Positions 1 through 13,034 are shown, counted from the whole stretch's first letter. The stretch is DNA of 63,995 nt, filler included, from Octopus bimaculoides (GCF_001194135.2; 5 parts of 5 records of this genome joined end to end with filler, not necessarily neighbours in it); one strand, 5' to 3'. Notes: generated from the letters alone by a model not told the origin. Translations and numbers: made by a program.

Positions 1-2215
1 TTACGTCGTTCTTTCCACTTTTCTTTCTCTCGCTCCCCTCTCTCACATTTCTTGGCCTTCCCTTCATTTTCACTTTCCTTCCTCTTTTACCTCACTCTGT
101 ACCTTTCTCTTTTTTTCTTTCTTTCTAGTCCCTCCCTAATTTTTCTATCCCTCTGCCCCTACCTTTCTCCTTTCCTTCCACGTGACCGGTGTTCCGCCAA
201 GCCTGACCTTTCTTTCTTGGCTCGACTACCATCCGTGTAACATCTCTTATATCCCTTCCTATTACTTCTATATCTTATGTCCCTGCCGTAAGGCTTCACT
301 ACCACACACGCCAGCTTAATTTAATTTGTCCTTAGTCGAAAGACACCTGTTGCTAATGTCCTGTTGTTTGCATTTGTAATTGTGTACCATCTCTCCGTTT
401 CTTTTTCGTCCTTCTTTTCGTATACATTCGCTTGCTTTCTTCAAAGGAATTTAGTGCTTTTAGCATAGATTTTCTTGTGGCCGGCCAGACTGGAGCAATG
501 TCGACTGCAACCGGCCGAAACTGCCGAAAAAATCTGAAACTCGACTGAGGATAGAAAACTCCGAATGACCCGTCCTTGTTGGTGTTGGTGTTTACGTCCC
601 CATAACTTAGTGGTTCCGTACAAGAGACCAATAGAATAAGTACCAATTTTTAAAAAGTGCTAAGATCAATTCATTCGACTGAAAATTCTTCCAAGTAAAA
701 GATAAAACGACACCGTCGGAAATCAATGAACACACTGGACAGTGTAGTCATAGGTTCTAAAATCTTTGGATGCTCAAAGAAACGCTTTTCTTTTTCTGGA
801 TTATTCCTTTTTCTCTTTGTCAGTCATTCCAATAGTCTATTTTGTTGGCGCTACTGTTTCTTTTCTGCCTCGCTCCTGATTATAATTTCCTTACCTTCTC
901 ATTACTCTCGGCGTCACCACCTCTGTCTCTTCCAAAAGTGTATATCTCCAACATGTATGAAATGAACGAATGAAAGATGGTGTTTGGCTGGTATTTCCTC
1001 ACCCTGAAGGAACAGGATTCAAGAAAAAGAGACTCATAAAATCGTGATTTTTAACATTGTTGTGGCACCATGCAATATTAAAATATTGCATAATTAAGTC
1101 CTTATCGTTGTTGGCCAATATGTCGTTTTCCTTTTAGGGGAGATTTTTGTGGGAAATTTTTTTAATTATTTCTGGAAAATGTTGAGCGATTATATATGAC
1201 AGTAAATTTTGTTATCTTTCAGTTTTTAGCCCCAGGACTGATTTGATGGAGTAGACCATCCTTCAAATCCTTCAAGGAATATTTTTATCTTCAGCGGGAC
1301 AAAATAGTACTTTTGCTCTTTTACAAGTCCCGAAGTATGTGGGATGGCCTGGACCAGATGTTTGCAGTGCATATTACTCCGCTAAACTCATTCAAGGACT
1401 AGAGTGTAGTATTGACCCGAGCGACGGATTAACTTTCTTGATATGCTAGAAATAGCAACCCAAATCTTGAAATAACACATAGGAAGGAGATGTCGGACAA
1501 GATAGTACATGATACAAAAGAAATGAAGGTATGCTCATAGATGGATTGTTTTAGATCAAAGGTTTGCTTGATTTGATCTTGAAAAACCACAAAAAATTAA
1601 TCTAGCACTTGCTCTCCCAGCTATTTCTTACGGGCACTCTTATATGTGAGTGCATAACTGGCACTCCATCGGTTACGATGACGAGTGTTCCAGTTGATCC
1701 GATCAGTGGAACTGCCTGCTAAAGGAATTAACGTACAAGTGACAAAGCACTTCACAGACTCGCGTATCCTTAACAGAATTCTCAGGAAGATTCAACATGA
1801 CACAGAATGTGACAAGGCTGGCCATTTGAAATACAGGTACAACTCATTTTTGCCAACTGAATGGAATATTTCTAACACACTAAAAATTAACAATAATAGC
1901 TAATTAAAAATTTATATTGAATTAGAAATTTTATCATTCTGTACGATCATTTAGTATATTTAAGTGTCAATAAACATCCCGAACAAATTAGATTAAATGT
2001 TATAATTTCTATAATTACTATAATTAATAACAAAATTAGCATTGTAGCACATGTTTATAATTGTCAGCGATACCTTATGAAGTTTTAAAAAGATTTAGCA
2101 ATTTTACTAATTTTAAAAATGTTTAACAATATAAAACGACTGCTGGAAATTTTAATCATTCTTGTAATAGAACTCATAATTTCTGCTGTAGCTTGTTCGC
2201 TCTTTTTCTTTCTTT

Positions 2216-3003
2216 GGATCTCTCTGATTTGGCGGGCGCCACTTGTTTTCTTAACGAAACACTTTCAAACTTGGGACACTGGTAGAATGTGTCATATAAA
2301 ACATCTTTTACTCTTAGTGTTATTGAGAAAATTTTATCTTTTTAAAGTTATTTCGTGTTAAAATTGTCGTATTTCGGTAATTTCAACCAATCATTGGCGT
2401 CTATTGAGGTGAAAACAATTACTACTGTGGAAAGTAAACAACACATTCTAGCGGTGTAATGGGATCTTTTCCCTTGAATAAAATTAGTGCCGTTGTTTGT
2501 CAACAACAACTATCGGCCGTACTGTTATTTATGACATCGTACTGGTTTTAGCTTTAGGGCTTTAGGGTTAGAGTTCGGGTTTTAGAGTTAGGGTTAGGGT
2601 TAGGGTTTGGCAAGAATACTCATAACCCTAACCCTAACCCTAAAACCCTTAAGCTAAAACCAGTACAAATGCACGAACGATGTCATAAATAACAGTACGG
2701 CCGATAGTTGTTGTTGACAAACAACGGCACTAATTTTATTCAAGGGAAAAGATCCCATTACACCGCCAGAACGTGCTGTTGACAAACCACAGCAGTAATT
2801 GTTTTCACCTCAATAGACGTCAGTGATTGGTTGAAATTACCAAAATACGACAACTTTTAACATGAAATAACTTCGAATACAAAAATTTTTCTCTGTTCTA
2901 TAAGACAAAATATACAAGTATACGAAGTTTGAAAGTGTTTCGGTAGAAAACACACTAAATAAAACATAAATAAAAAGTGGCGCCCGCTAAATCAAAAAGA
3001 TCC
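2216..3003. mobile_element. Non-autonomous foldback DNA element with an inverted telomeric-repeat core
   Basis: Termini GGATCTCTCTGATTTGGCGGGCGCCAC / GTGGCGCCCGCTAAATCAAAAAGATCC; arms about 350 bp; direct repeat CTTTCTTT at 2208-2215 and 3004-3011. Confidence 0.9.
2553..2650. repeat. Short (TTAGGG)n followed by (CCCTAA)n
   Basis: ttagggttagggttaggg...taaccctaaccctaaccctaa read directly from the sequence. Confidence 0.95.
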
Positions 3004-4691
3004 CTTTCTTTTGTTCTTTTCGAAGAATCTAGAAAAGGAAGGTTCAATATTCTTCAGAATTAAGGCGTTTTTCTTTAGAATTAAGCATTTCGTCCGTCTT
3101 TACTTTCTGAGTTCATATTCTACCGAGGTCGACTTTACCCTTCATCCTTCCAGGGTTGATAAAATAAGTACCAATTAAGAACTAGTGTCACGTAATCGAC
3201 GTTCTCTTCTCCAGAAGTTGCTGGACTTGTGCCAAAATTTGAAACCAATATTCTTTAGAATTGTTCATTATCTTTCTTTCCCTTTTTAGTCATGGTTTCA
3301 ACTTGGTCGATAAAAAAAAAATTAGATTTGCAAAAGTCAATATGTACAATGTGTTGAGGTCGATTGTTTTGGCTAATTTGCAGTGCGTGCTCTATGCAGC
3401 GACAAGTCGACTAGTTGCTGTCGGTATGTCGCCATTCTCAGGGTTCGTTCACACGTCCAGACATATTATTTGTCTTTTACCGGTGCCTTGTTGATTAATT
3501 GGGTGAAACAGAGACAGAACGCCAATGCAAACTAAGACAAAAATACAACAAAAAGGACCTGTTGTCAAAAGAATAAAATAAAAATGTAAAAAATAAACGA
3601 AGCTGCAAGGTTGTGTCGAGAAAGCGTCAGTGAAATAGAGTTGCATTGCCAAATAAAAACATTAGGAAGTTAAAATAATAGATTGTCCGAAGAGAGAAAA
3701 AAGATAGAGAGGAGAGAGAGAGCGCGCAAGAGAGGGAGAGAGAGAGAGCGCAAGAGAGAGAGAGATGGGAAGAGGAAAGTGTATTGAAAGACTTTTATTC
3801 ACTAGATCGAACAGTGCGTTTAACGATTGAGTTTTTAAAAAAAAATTTTTTTTTTTTTTAATTTACAGATAATTGATTACTAGGTGCATAACCTTGTTAA
3901 AAACTTCTAGACTCGGTTCTGGAGATCGCCATCATAATTATCATTCTGATTATTATTATTGTCGTTTCAAGTGATATTTGTTTCGTTATATTGCATACAT
4001 TCAATGTCAACACGAAGACAACATTGAAAATATAATAAATGAATAGAAGAAAAGGTTTGAGACTAGATTTGTTAAATAAGGGATAGTAAAGACACGATCG
4101 AACATTAAACTAAATGTTATATATATTGTTACGAACGAAAAACACTATATTCAGATAATTTCTCGTTCGTACGACGCGAATTAGAACACCGCTCTCTGGT
4201 TTTGCCAGCGAAGACGAAAAAGATAATTCTTTGTGGTCATGTGACTGTTTAAAGCGTAAGCGGTATGATTTTTCCGCGCTTTTTACGGTATGGGCAAAGT
4301 AAAATGGTATCGTGAATTTAGGAGTAACAAGAGTGCAATTGAAAAAAAAAGCGATAAAAAGAAGATAGAAAATAAATCCTTAGACTAGTGAATAAAAGAA
4401 GAGCTCGCCTAAAGAAATCTGCACATTTCAGAGGTAAATGAAAGAACCCTCTAAAAACTCTATGAAGAACTGTTTATTTATTCCTTAAATGCTTATTAGC
4501 CTCTTAATTAAAGTTCTTTTATTTTGCTTATACTCAGCGGTTTTGTTTACTATTTTCAACTCTTCTGGTTACTTTGACTACAGCTTCTTCCGCTCTAAGC
4601 AAGTTGGTTTGCTGAGCTTGCTTGCGCGGTCGTGTAGACTATCCAACACAGGCTGTTGTGTTGTAGATGATTTCGGGAGGCCATGTGCGGC

Positions 4692-4725
<34 letters not shown>

Positions 4726-5003
4726 NNNNNNNNNNNNNNNNNNNNNNNNNNNNNNNNNNNNNNNNNNNNNNNNNNNNNNNNNNNNNNNNNNNNNNNNNNN
4801 NNNNNNNNNNNNNNNNNNNNNNNNNNNNNNNNNNNNNNNNNNNNNNNNNNNNNNNNNNNNNNNNNNNNNNNNNNNNNNNNNNNNNNNNNNNNNNNNNNNN
4901 NNNNNNNNNNNNNNNNNNNNNNNNNNNNNNNNNNNNNNNNNNNNNNNNNNNNNNNNNNNNNNNNNNNNNNNNNNNNNNNNNNNNNNNNNNNNNNNNNNNN
5001 NNN

Positions 5004-5137
5004 AAGGATATAATCTTCTGGTTAAAATGTTTTACGGTTAAGCTGGTTCCTATGTATTTCCCTGAAGAGAAGATTACATCCTTATCAACATCACCTATTC
5101 CTTTGGAATATACAATTTGTAATCTTCGAAACATATG
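5004..5137 (-). CDS. Candidate exon, possibly the start of the kinase-homology domain of a receptor guanylyl cyclase
   Basis: Acceptor ttcttttatttccAG|CAT; open frame HMFRRLQIVYSKGIGDVDKDVIFSSGKYIGTSLTVKHFNQKIIS runs into an N-gap. IF..G.Y.G..(V)..K.F..K.I resembles the GC kinase-homology start (pattern recognition only). Confidence 0.45.
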
Positions 5138-5429
5138 CTGGAAATAAAAGAATTCATTTAACATATGCGTTTTACTCCATTTACTAAATTTGTATATTTA
5201 CTCAAGTACCCAAAATAACAAGGAGTTTCCACCTCATAAACAGGAGTTACACCACAGTCATTTTGTGATCTTTGCTACCTTGGTATCTATTAACCAATTT
5301 ATTTTGTCGGAGTTAATTATTAACTTAGAGAAAAATGAATACATATAATAATATAATAATAATAATATATATATATATAACCAGAGATTTCATTACCTTA
5401 GTCCGCTCAGGACAGTAGATCTGTTTGAA

Positions 5430-5880
5430 GAAGAAATTTCTTGTAAGCAATAAAAAGTGGAACGATTGTTGGGAGATGGCTGCAAATATGCCAGGGTGTC
5501 AAGGATTCTTTCCCATCCCAGTTACGAAGAAACCGGATATCATAACATGCTGTGAAAGAAAGAAAGTGGTAAATGTAGTCGAGTAAACAGTTCCTCGCGA
5601 AGATAGCATAGACGCCGCTCGGGCTCGAAAGATTGATCGTTACGTAAACCTCAAGTAATATGAAGACGCAGGATGGAGAGCGGGGTATTTTCCAGCCAAA
5701 GTCGGATGTAGAGGATTCGTTGGACACAGTGTGAGACGACTGATGTTATTGTTAGGCCTAACTCATCGTAAAGCAAATAAGAACTTAAGTGATATCCAAA
5801 CTACAGTAGAAAAGGCAACCTAGTGGATTTGATTAAAAAGAGACGATGAGCATTGTCTAGAAGAATATTGAGCTAAATCT
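5430..5880 (+). mobile_element. 3' remnant of an RLE-endonuclease non-LTR retrotransposon (HERO-like)
   Basis: Degenerate translation KKPDII..VVE*TVPRED..ARKIDRY..GWRAGYFPAKVGCRGFVG..EKAT*WI*LKR. Confidence 0.8.
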
Positions 5881-6115
5881 GATGACCAGTTGATCTAGCA
5901 AGCGGGGCTTCATTTCACTGAGGGGTGGCGCAATGATGTCTTCGAGAGGTAGGCCCCGAAGCGGATAATCTCCTGATGATCCCATAAACTTCCTGGCATC
6001 TGGTATGCGGAGCTTTTAACTGGTAGCACTTGCATCTGCAAGCTGCTTGCAAAACATTTAGTTACAAGAACATAGTAGGATCAAATCTGATCTTGGAATC
6101 AGCGGAATTCTGGCT

Positions 6116-6545
6116 TAAGCACCCCATATAAACCCGCGTAATTTTTTCATTTTTTTTTTAATTTTCAGAAAATTTTTGAGAATTTATGCTCAACAGACGG
6201 AAATTCATACGATTATGGCAAAAAAAGACCAAAATTTTTTTGCGTGAGTTTAGGGCAATTGAACTGTTGTTTTTAACACATCTCACGACCACCTTTCTCG
6301 AATTTTTGTCACTCTGACATATACTCTTTTACTCAATTACTTGTTTCAGTCATTTGACTGCGGCCATGCTGGAGCACCGCCTTTAGTCGAGAAATTCGAC
6401 CCCGGGACTTATTCTTTGTAAGCCTAGTACTTATTCTATCGGTCTCTTTTTGCCGAACCGCTAAGTTACGGGGACATAAACACACCAGCATCGGTTGTCA
6501 AGCGAAGGTGGGGGGACAAACACAGACACACAAACACACACACAA

Positions 6546-6584
<39 letters not shown>

Positions 6585-7176
6585 CGACGGGCTTCTTTCA
6601 GTTTCCGTCTACCAAANNNNNNNNNNCCACTCACAAGGCTTTGGTCGGCCCGAGGCTATAGTAGAAGACACATGCCCAAAGTGCCACGCAGTGGGACTGA
6701 ACTCAGAACCATGTGGTTGGTAAGCAAACTACTTACCACACAGCCACTCCTACGCCTATTGATATTTTTCAATATTTTTTTCCTTTATATGTAATTTAAG
6801 GGAAATTTAGTTATATTTTAGCACATCTCACGACCACCTGATACCTTGTTCGTTTCTTTGTCACTCTGGTATGTATTGATGTTTTTCAATATGTTTCTTC
6901 CTATAAAGACATCTAATGGAATGATGATGCACCTAAGGGCGGTCCGTTGCAGGATTTATGCAAAAAAATTCGTATTGTCTACATTTTTAAACTCCGAATT
7001 TTAAAAATTCTAAAAAGAGTGGTAATTTTAGGATTTATAGGGGATAGTTTAAAAACGTTTTTAAAAATACTTTTCCATAATCGTATGAATTCTCGTGTGT
7101 TGAATACAGATTCGCAAAAATTTTCTGAAAATTCCAAAAAATGAAAACGTTATGAGGGGTTATATGGGGTGCTTCA
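6116..7176. mobile_element. Non-autonomous DNA transposon with about 110-bp TIRs, interrupted by a SINE
   Basis: AAGCACCCCATATA...CATACGATTATGG at the left end and its reverse complement at 7070-7176; internal direct repeat ACATCTCACGACCACC. Confidence 0.75.
6322..6757 (-). mobile_element. Full-length abundant SINE (family A: tRNA-like head, internal (TA)n(TG)n, conserved tail)
   Basis: Head GTGGCTGTGTGGTAAG...GGTTCTGAGTTCAGTCCC and tail ...GCTCCAGCATGGCCGCAGTCAAATGACTGAAACAAGTAA; more than ten copies in the window. Confidence 0.9.
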
Positions 7177-7602
7177 ACCAGAACTGTGCCTTGGTATCAA
7201 GTTTTCCTCTCAGACTCATTTTTAAAATATTTTCGCTTTTCTTCTAACAAAGAATTCATTAACGTGATCGACGATATATCTTAATAAACCTACCATATTG
7301 CGCAACATAATGTATCTGTATATATAAATACTCTGGAAAATCCATGCATAAATACATGGGTTTTTCTATGTTCTTGATCTATTAGCGTATTTGAGTAAAA
7401 TTACATTAAAATCGTCCGAGTGATTAAAATTCTATTTATTTACTTGTGCAGCTGAGGATAGCCCTGCAACTAAATTGATGTAATGATTGTATTGTTCAAT
7501 TAAATGGAACCGCTTGAAACGGTCGTACTGCATTACTTCTTGATATCCTCTTCTTTATTTTAATATATATATATATACGTTATATGTTGTATATAAATAT
7601 AT

Positions 7603-7691
<89 letters not shown>

Positions 7692-8318
7692 ATATATATA
7701 TATATAAATATGTTATTTATATATATATATATTATGTTATGTATATATAATGTTATATAGATATATTATGTTATATGTTACATATATATATCATATGTTA
7801 TATATACATATTATATATATATATATTTATATATANNNNNNNNNNNNNNNNNNNNNNNNNNNNNNNNNNNNNNNNNNNNNNNNNNNNNNNNNNNNNNNNN
7901 NNNNNNNNNNNNNNNNNNNNNNNNNNNNNNNNNNNNNNNNNNNNNNNNNNNNNNNNNNNNNNNNNNNNNNNNNNNNNNNNNNNNNNNNNNNNNNNNNNNN
8001 NNNNNNNNNNNNNNNNNNNNNNNNNNNNNNNNNNNNNNNNNNNNNNNNNNNNNNNNNNNNNNNNNNNNNNNNNNNNNNNNNNNNNNNNNNNNNNNNNNNN
8101 NNNNNNNNNNNNNNNNNNNNNNNNNNNNNNNNNNNNNNNNNNNNNNNNNNNNNNNNNNNNNNNNNNNNNNNNNNNNNNNNNNNNNNNNNNNNNNNNNNNN
8201 NNNNNNNNNNNNNNNNNNNNNNNNNNNNNNNNNNNNNNNNNNNNNNNNNNNNNNNNNNNNNNNNNNNNNNNNNNATTATATATATTATATATATTTTGTA
8301 TATATAATATATACATTA

Positions 8319-8369
<51 letters not shown>

Positions 8370-8439
8370 ATATTATATATAACATATTTTATTTTAATCT
8401 TAATTTTAAATGTTTCAGCTGCAAAGCTGCGGTCATGCT

Positions 8440-9010
8440 AGAGTACCACCATTTACTAAGCTACACCATTATTTGGAACCTTATCTAATATGTGGCATTT
8501 GGTCAATGAAGGACTTTGATGCTGCTGCCCTCATCTGTGTTTCCTGCCGTGAGGTAGGCTCGTCTAGAATCCGTATAAGGAAGAGATCCAGATCTCAGGC
8601 ATTTTGGAAAAGTATTAAAGAGCTGTGGGCCCTTAAAGCCCAAGCTGTTGCAGTATCTGGCCCTGTATTTTGATGGCAATGTTGGGATCCTTGACACTAT
8701 GCAGTGGCGCTCCTTTCTGCAGTTTGAATAACTTTCAATGCCAAAGTTTGGTACAGGGATTTTCCAGATGTATATCACTGCAAATCTCTCCCGCTATCGT
8801 TCCAGGGAGAAGAGATTCTTTCAGTCTTTCCCAGTCGCTGACATGTTGCATCGAGACGATTTTCTTAGTGTAGCTTCATTGGATTGCTTCGGATGCCGCC
8901 GTGGATTTTTCATTGTGTGGTGACCATAGTCGGGAGCAATAAACTAAGCGGCTGAGAGAGTATGTCCGCCAAAGGATCAATGTCTCCTTTTCTCTTGTTT
9001 TGAAAGTTTG
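8440..9010 (-). mobile_element. 3' remnant of a CR1/L2-group LINE
   Basis: RLVYCSRLWSPH, IYIWKI.VPNFGIE and CNSLGFKGPQLFNTFPKCLR, with frameshifts. Confidence 0.75.
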
Positions 9011-9961
9011 GAGGATCCATATATATATATATATANNNNNNNNNNNNNNNNNNNNNNNNNNNNNNNNNNNNNNNNNNNNNNNNNNNNNNNNNNNNNNNNN
9101 NNNNNNNNNNNNNNNNNNNNNNNNNNNNNNNNNNNNNNNNNNNNNNNNNNNNNNNNNNNNNNNNNNNNNNNNNNNNNNNNNNNNNNNNNNNNNNNNNNNN
9201 NNNNNNNNNNNNNNNNNNNNNNNNNNNNNNNNNNNNNNNNNNNNNNNNNNNNNNNNNNNNNNNNNNNNNNNNNNNNNNNNNNNNNNNNNNNNNNNNNNNN
9301 NNNNNNNNNNNNNNNNNNNNNNNNNNNNNNNNNNNNNNNNNNNNNNNNNNNNNNNNNNNNNNNNNNNNNNNNNNNNNNNNNNNNNNNNNNNNNNNNNNNN
9401 NNNNNNNNNNNNNNNNNNNNNNNNNNNNNNNNNNNNNNNNNNNNNNNNNNNNNNNNNNNNNNNNNNNNNNNNNNNNNNNNNNNNNNNNNNNNNNNNNNNN
9501 NNNNNNNNNNNNNNNNNNNNNNNNNNNNNNNNNNNNNNNNNNNNNNNNNNNNNNNNNNNNNNNNNNNNNNNNNNNNNNNNNNNNNNNNNNNNNNNNNNNN
9601 NNNNNNNNNNNNNNNNNNNNNNNNNNNNNNNNNNNNNNNNNNNNNNNNNNNNNNNNNNNNNNNNNNNNNNNNNNNNNNNNNNNNNNNNNNNNNNNNNNNN
9701 NNNNNNNNNNNNNNNNNNNNNNNNNNNNNNNNNNNNNNNNNNNNNNNNNNNNNNNNNNNNNNNNNNNNNNNNNNNNNNNNNNNNNNNNNNNNNNNNNNNN
9801 NNNNNNNNNNNNNNNNNNNNNNNNNNNNNNNNNNNNNNNNNNNNNNNNNNNNNNNNNNNNNNNNNNNNNNNNNNNNNNNNNNNNNNNNNNNNNNNNNNNN
9901 NNNNNNNNNNNNNNNNNNNNNNNNNNNNNNNNNNNNNNNNNNNNNNNNNNNNNNNNNNNNN

Positions 9962-10210
9962 TGGTGGTGAACCCTGCTGTACTCTTCCACCACAACTTTC
10001 TCTCACTCTTACTTCCTGTTTCTGTTGTGCCTGTAATTCAGAGGGTCAGCCTTGTCACACTGTGTCATACTGAATATCCCCGAGAACTACGTTAAGGGTA
10101 CACATGTCTGTGGAGTGCTCAGCCACTTGCACGTTAATTTCTCGAGCAGGCTGTTCCGTTGATCGGATCAACTGGAATCCTCGATGTCGTAAGCGACGGA
10201 GTGCCAACAA
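9962..10210 (+). mobile_element. SINE family B, 3' part
   Basis: Very similar to the 3' portion of 31694-32048. Confidence 0.85.
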
Positions 10211-10229
10211 CAGAATCTAAGCCAAAGCT

Positions 10230-10352
10230 CCATAAAACCACCAACCTTATGATAAATATACACACGAACAATGGTTCAATAGCATAGAAGTTGTTGACTG
10301 GTTTAAAACCATTAAGAATAAGAATAAAGCGAGATTTACGCAATTTGATACT
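10230..10352 (+). mobile_element. Penelope-like reverse transcriptase fragment
   Basis: EQWFNSIEVVDWFKTIKNKNKARFTQFD matches the segment leading into the PLE RT motif A. Confidence 0.7.
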
Positions 10353-10914
10353 CACATGAAACACACACAGGCGCACCCACACATACATCAAATAGATGCA
10401 CATATATATGCAAACATGCATGTACACGTATAGAAATCCACACATATGCGCACACACACGCACACGTGCCGATGCTTATACGCGCAGTTATATTCAAATA
10501 CACACGCGCACTCGCACTCACACAGACACACACGTGCATGTAGCCATACGCACAGTTATATTAAAATTCACGTCTAAAAAAACATACATGCTATATGTGC
10601 ATATGCTCACTTACACTCGCGTATCCGCACACACGCACACACACAAACAATCGCACAAAAATTTCATATATGCATCTATATACGCACAAGCACAAGAAAA
10701 ATGCAGGATGGAAGGTAAAATACAGGGGAAAAGGTGTAAAAATATATAAAGCAATAAAAATATAAAAATAGATCTCTGTAAGTATGTAAAAAAAATATGT
10801 AAAAATATATAAGAAATATATATAAAAAGTATAGAGATATAAAAAGCTTGTACGTGGGCACAATATAAAAAGCAGGTTCTATCTGTGATCTTGGGAGAAC
10901 CAAAAACGTAACAA

Positions 10915-11850
10915 TTATTTAGTCACATGTGAACATGATCCAAAAAGTTCAGTTCTTGAATTTAGACATGTATCAGGGTCTAAGCTGCTTTTCCAGATGA
11001 GCCATCTTTCCATATCACAAAGACCGCACTTACCACTGCCGTTGGTGTAAAGCTTACACTTGGCTAAGATCTTCCAATGGATGATGTAACTGACACCTTT
11101 ATCTTTTAAGGACCATATATGATTGGATAATTTGATCGTTTTCCTTTTATCCCAGTGCCTGAATCTCAAGGTATGATTATTGAACCTGGCCTTGAAATTA
11201 CTCTCTGTAAGGCCCACATATTACTTTGTCGAAACTGTGTCCTTAGTGGTTGTAGAGTCCACGGTTTCGTAAATGATGGTCTCGGACATGCAGGCTCCAT
11301 TTAGCGGGCACAAATTTTTATCCCTGCATGAACAGCTGGTTTCATATTGTGGTTTTTGCGTTTTGTGTGCGATTATATTTTTAAAATTAGTAGTTGAGCT
11401 GAAACTGATTCTTAAGTTATGTCTATTGAAGAACTTACTGTAACTATGGTTGACTGTAAAATGCCTATCTATCAGTGCTAAGAAATACTTGCCTATATTA
11501 AAGGTCACTTCGGAGGAGTAGTGGGGTGTGAACCAGAGAGATTTACTATTCCTCTGGATTGCTTCAAAGTGCCTTGTTAATTGTAGAGATGGATGGACTT
11601 TGGTCAATTTCATCACGGACAACAGGTGTGATCTCTAGAATATTTCAGTAAATACACCGTTATAAGAGCTCCTCGGTTTTTGTTTTTGGATAAATATTAA
11701 TTAGCCGTATTTACGAAATCATAAGTACAATTCTTCTTCTAGACATATTCCTGCCTTAGTGTTATTTCACTACTATTTACACACCCTGGTTCCTATTTAT
11801 AAAGAGATAACCCATAAATACTTCCGTAGATCACTGCTAGTTCATTCTTT
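10915..11850 (-). mobile_element. Decayed Penelope-like element (linker plus GIY-YIG endonuclease; Naiad-like)
   Basis: WFTPHYSSEVTFNIGKYFLALIDRHF..FNRHNLRISFS, CSCRDKNLCPLNGAC, GLTESNFKARFNNH, CGLCDMER and LNSRTELFGSCSH. Confidence 0.9.
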
Positions 11851-11987
11851 TGCCTATCGACGTCAAGCTCCACACCAGAAGATGGTGCGCTTTTAATATA
11901 TTGAGCCTGCTGTCCTCATCTCGAGGCCATGTTCTTTCATCTTCCCTCTTGCCTTCGTTTATTTTATTTTACGCATTTGCATTCACT

Positions 11988-12097
11988 CTGATGAAGCTCT
12001 ATGTACTAGATGGAATGGGCTATGAAGATGTCTAATATTATTTTCGGAATTTCTTTCGAAAGCACCGACTGACATTGGCAGCGGAAACGGCCGTTAG
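11988..12097 (+). ncRNA. Hammerhead-ribozyme-like motif of a PLE pseudo-LTR (degenerate)
   Basis: CTGATGA-AGCT...AGCG-GAAA-CGGCCG-TT; palindromic stem III; stem I only partly paired. Confidence 0.45.
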
Positions 12098-12172
12098 AAA
12101 TGTTATGCCATGTTTTGTATTTAAAAATAATCAACCGATGTTGGTCAGATCAAAAGTTTTCTCCATTTTCTG

Positions 12173-12215
<43 letters not shown>

Positions 12216-12334
12216 TCATATATATACCTACACACACACACATATATATATACATACACACACATATATATATATACATACACATATATATACATATATA
12301 TGTATATATACATACATATATATGTAAAAAAAGG

Positions 12335-12775
12335 TGTGGGTGGGTGTTAAGAAGCTTACTTCCCAATCACATGGTTCCAGGTTCAGTCTCACTGCGTGGC
12401 AACTTGGTCAAGTGTCTTCTACTGTAGCCTCGTGCTGACTAAGGCTTTGTGTGTGGATATGGCAGACGGAAACTGAAAGCTCCTCGTATGTGGGTGCGTG
12501 TGTATTTGTGAACCACCACTGTTTTCCAACCGATGTTGGTTAGTTCGCGTCCCGTAGCTTAGCGGTTCAGCAAAAACAGACCGTTACAATAAGTACCTGG
12601 CTCAAAAAGAGATAAGCCTTGTAAGCAGATTTGGTGGACTGATATTGAAAGAAGGCCGTTGTATATTTGTGTGTGTGGTGGGGGGAGGTTCGATTCATTC
12701 GACTAAAAGTTCTTCAAGGCTGTACCCCAGCATGGCCGCAGTCTAATGACTGAAACAGACAAAAGAAAAAGATAA
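12335..12775 (+). mobile_element. SINE family A, near full length
   Basis: Head, microsatellite and tail as in 6322-6757. Confidence 0.85.
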
Positions 12776-13034
12776 GATACAAACAAGCCCTATTCTAATA
12801 AGAGACTATGTCATCTCGTACCATGAAAACTTTTATCCCCGTCGCATCTTACAGCAATAATAAAATATCTTTTATGTAGTTGTCAATTGGGTACAAAGTT
12901 TTAGCAGTGTTGTTTGATGGTATTACATGAAATCCAAATTAATTTCTTTCCCAGTTGTGGTTAGAGTCTTTTGCAATATTCCGTAATGGCAAACTAGGGC
13001 AAACTATAATAGTCATCTATAATTTATGATATTC

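Noticed and set aside
353-646. 97-aa minus-strand ORF as a further exon
   Set aside because: Its 5' half is a SINE tail and the remainder has no recognisable motif; unsupported without transcript data.
2553-2650. Ancient telomere-telomere fusion site
   Set aside because: There are only a few repeats and they lie at the centre of a TSD-flanked palindromic element; transposition explains it better.
5945-5990. GAAG...CTGATGA in the HERO 3' UTR as a hammerhead
   Set aside because: GAAA is mutated and no stem II pairing can be formed.
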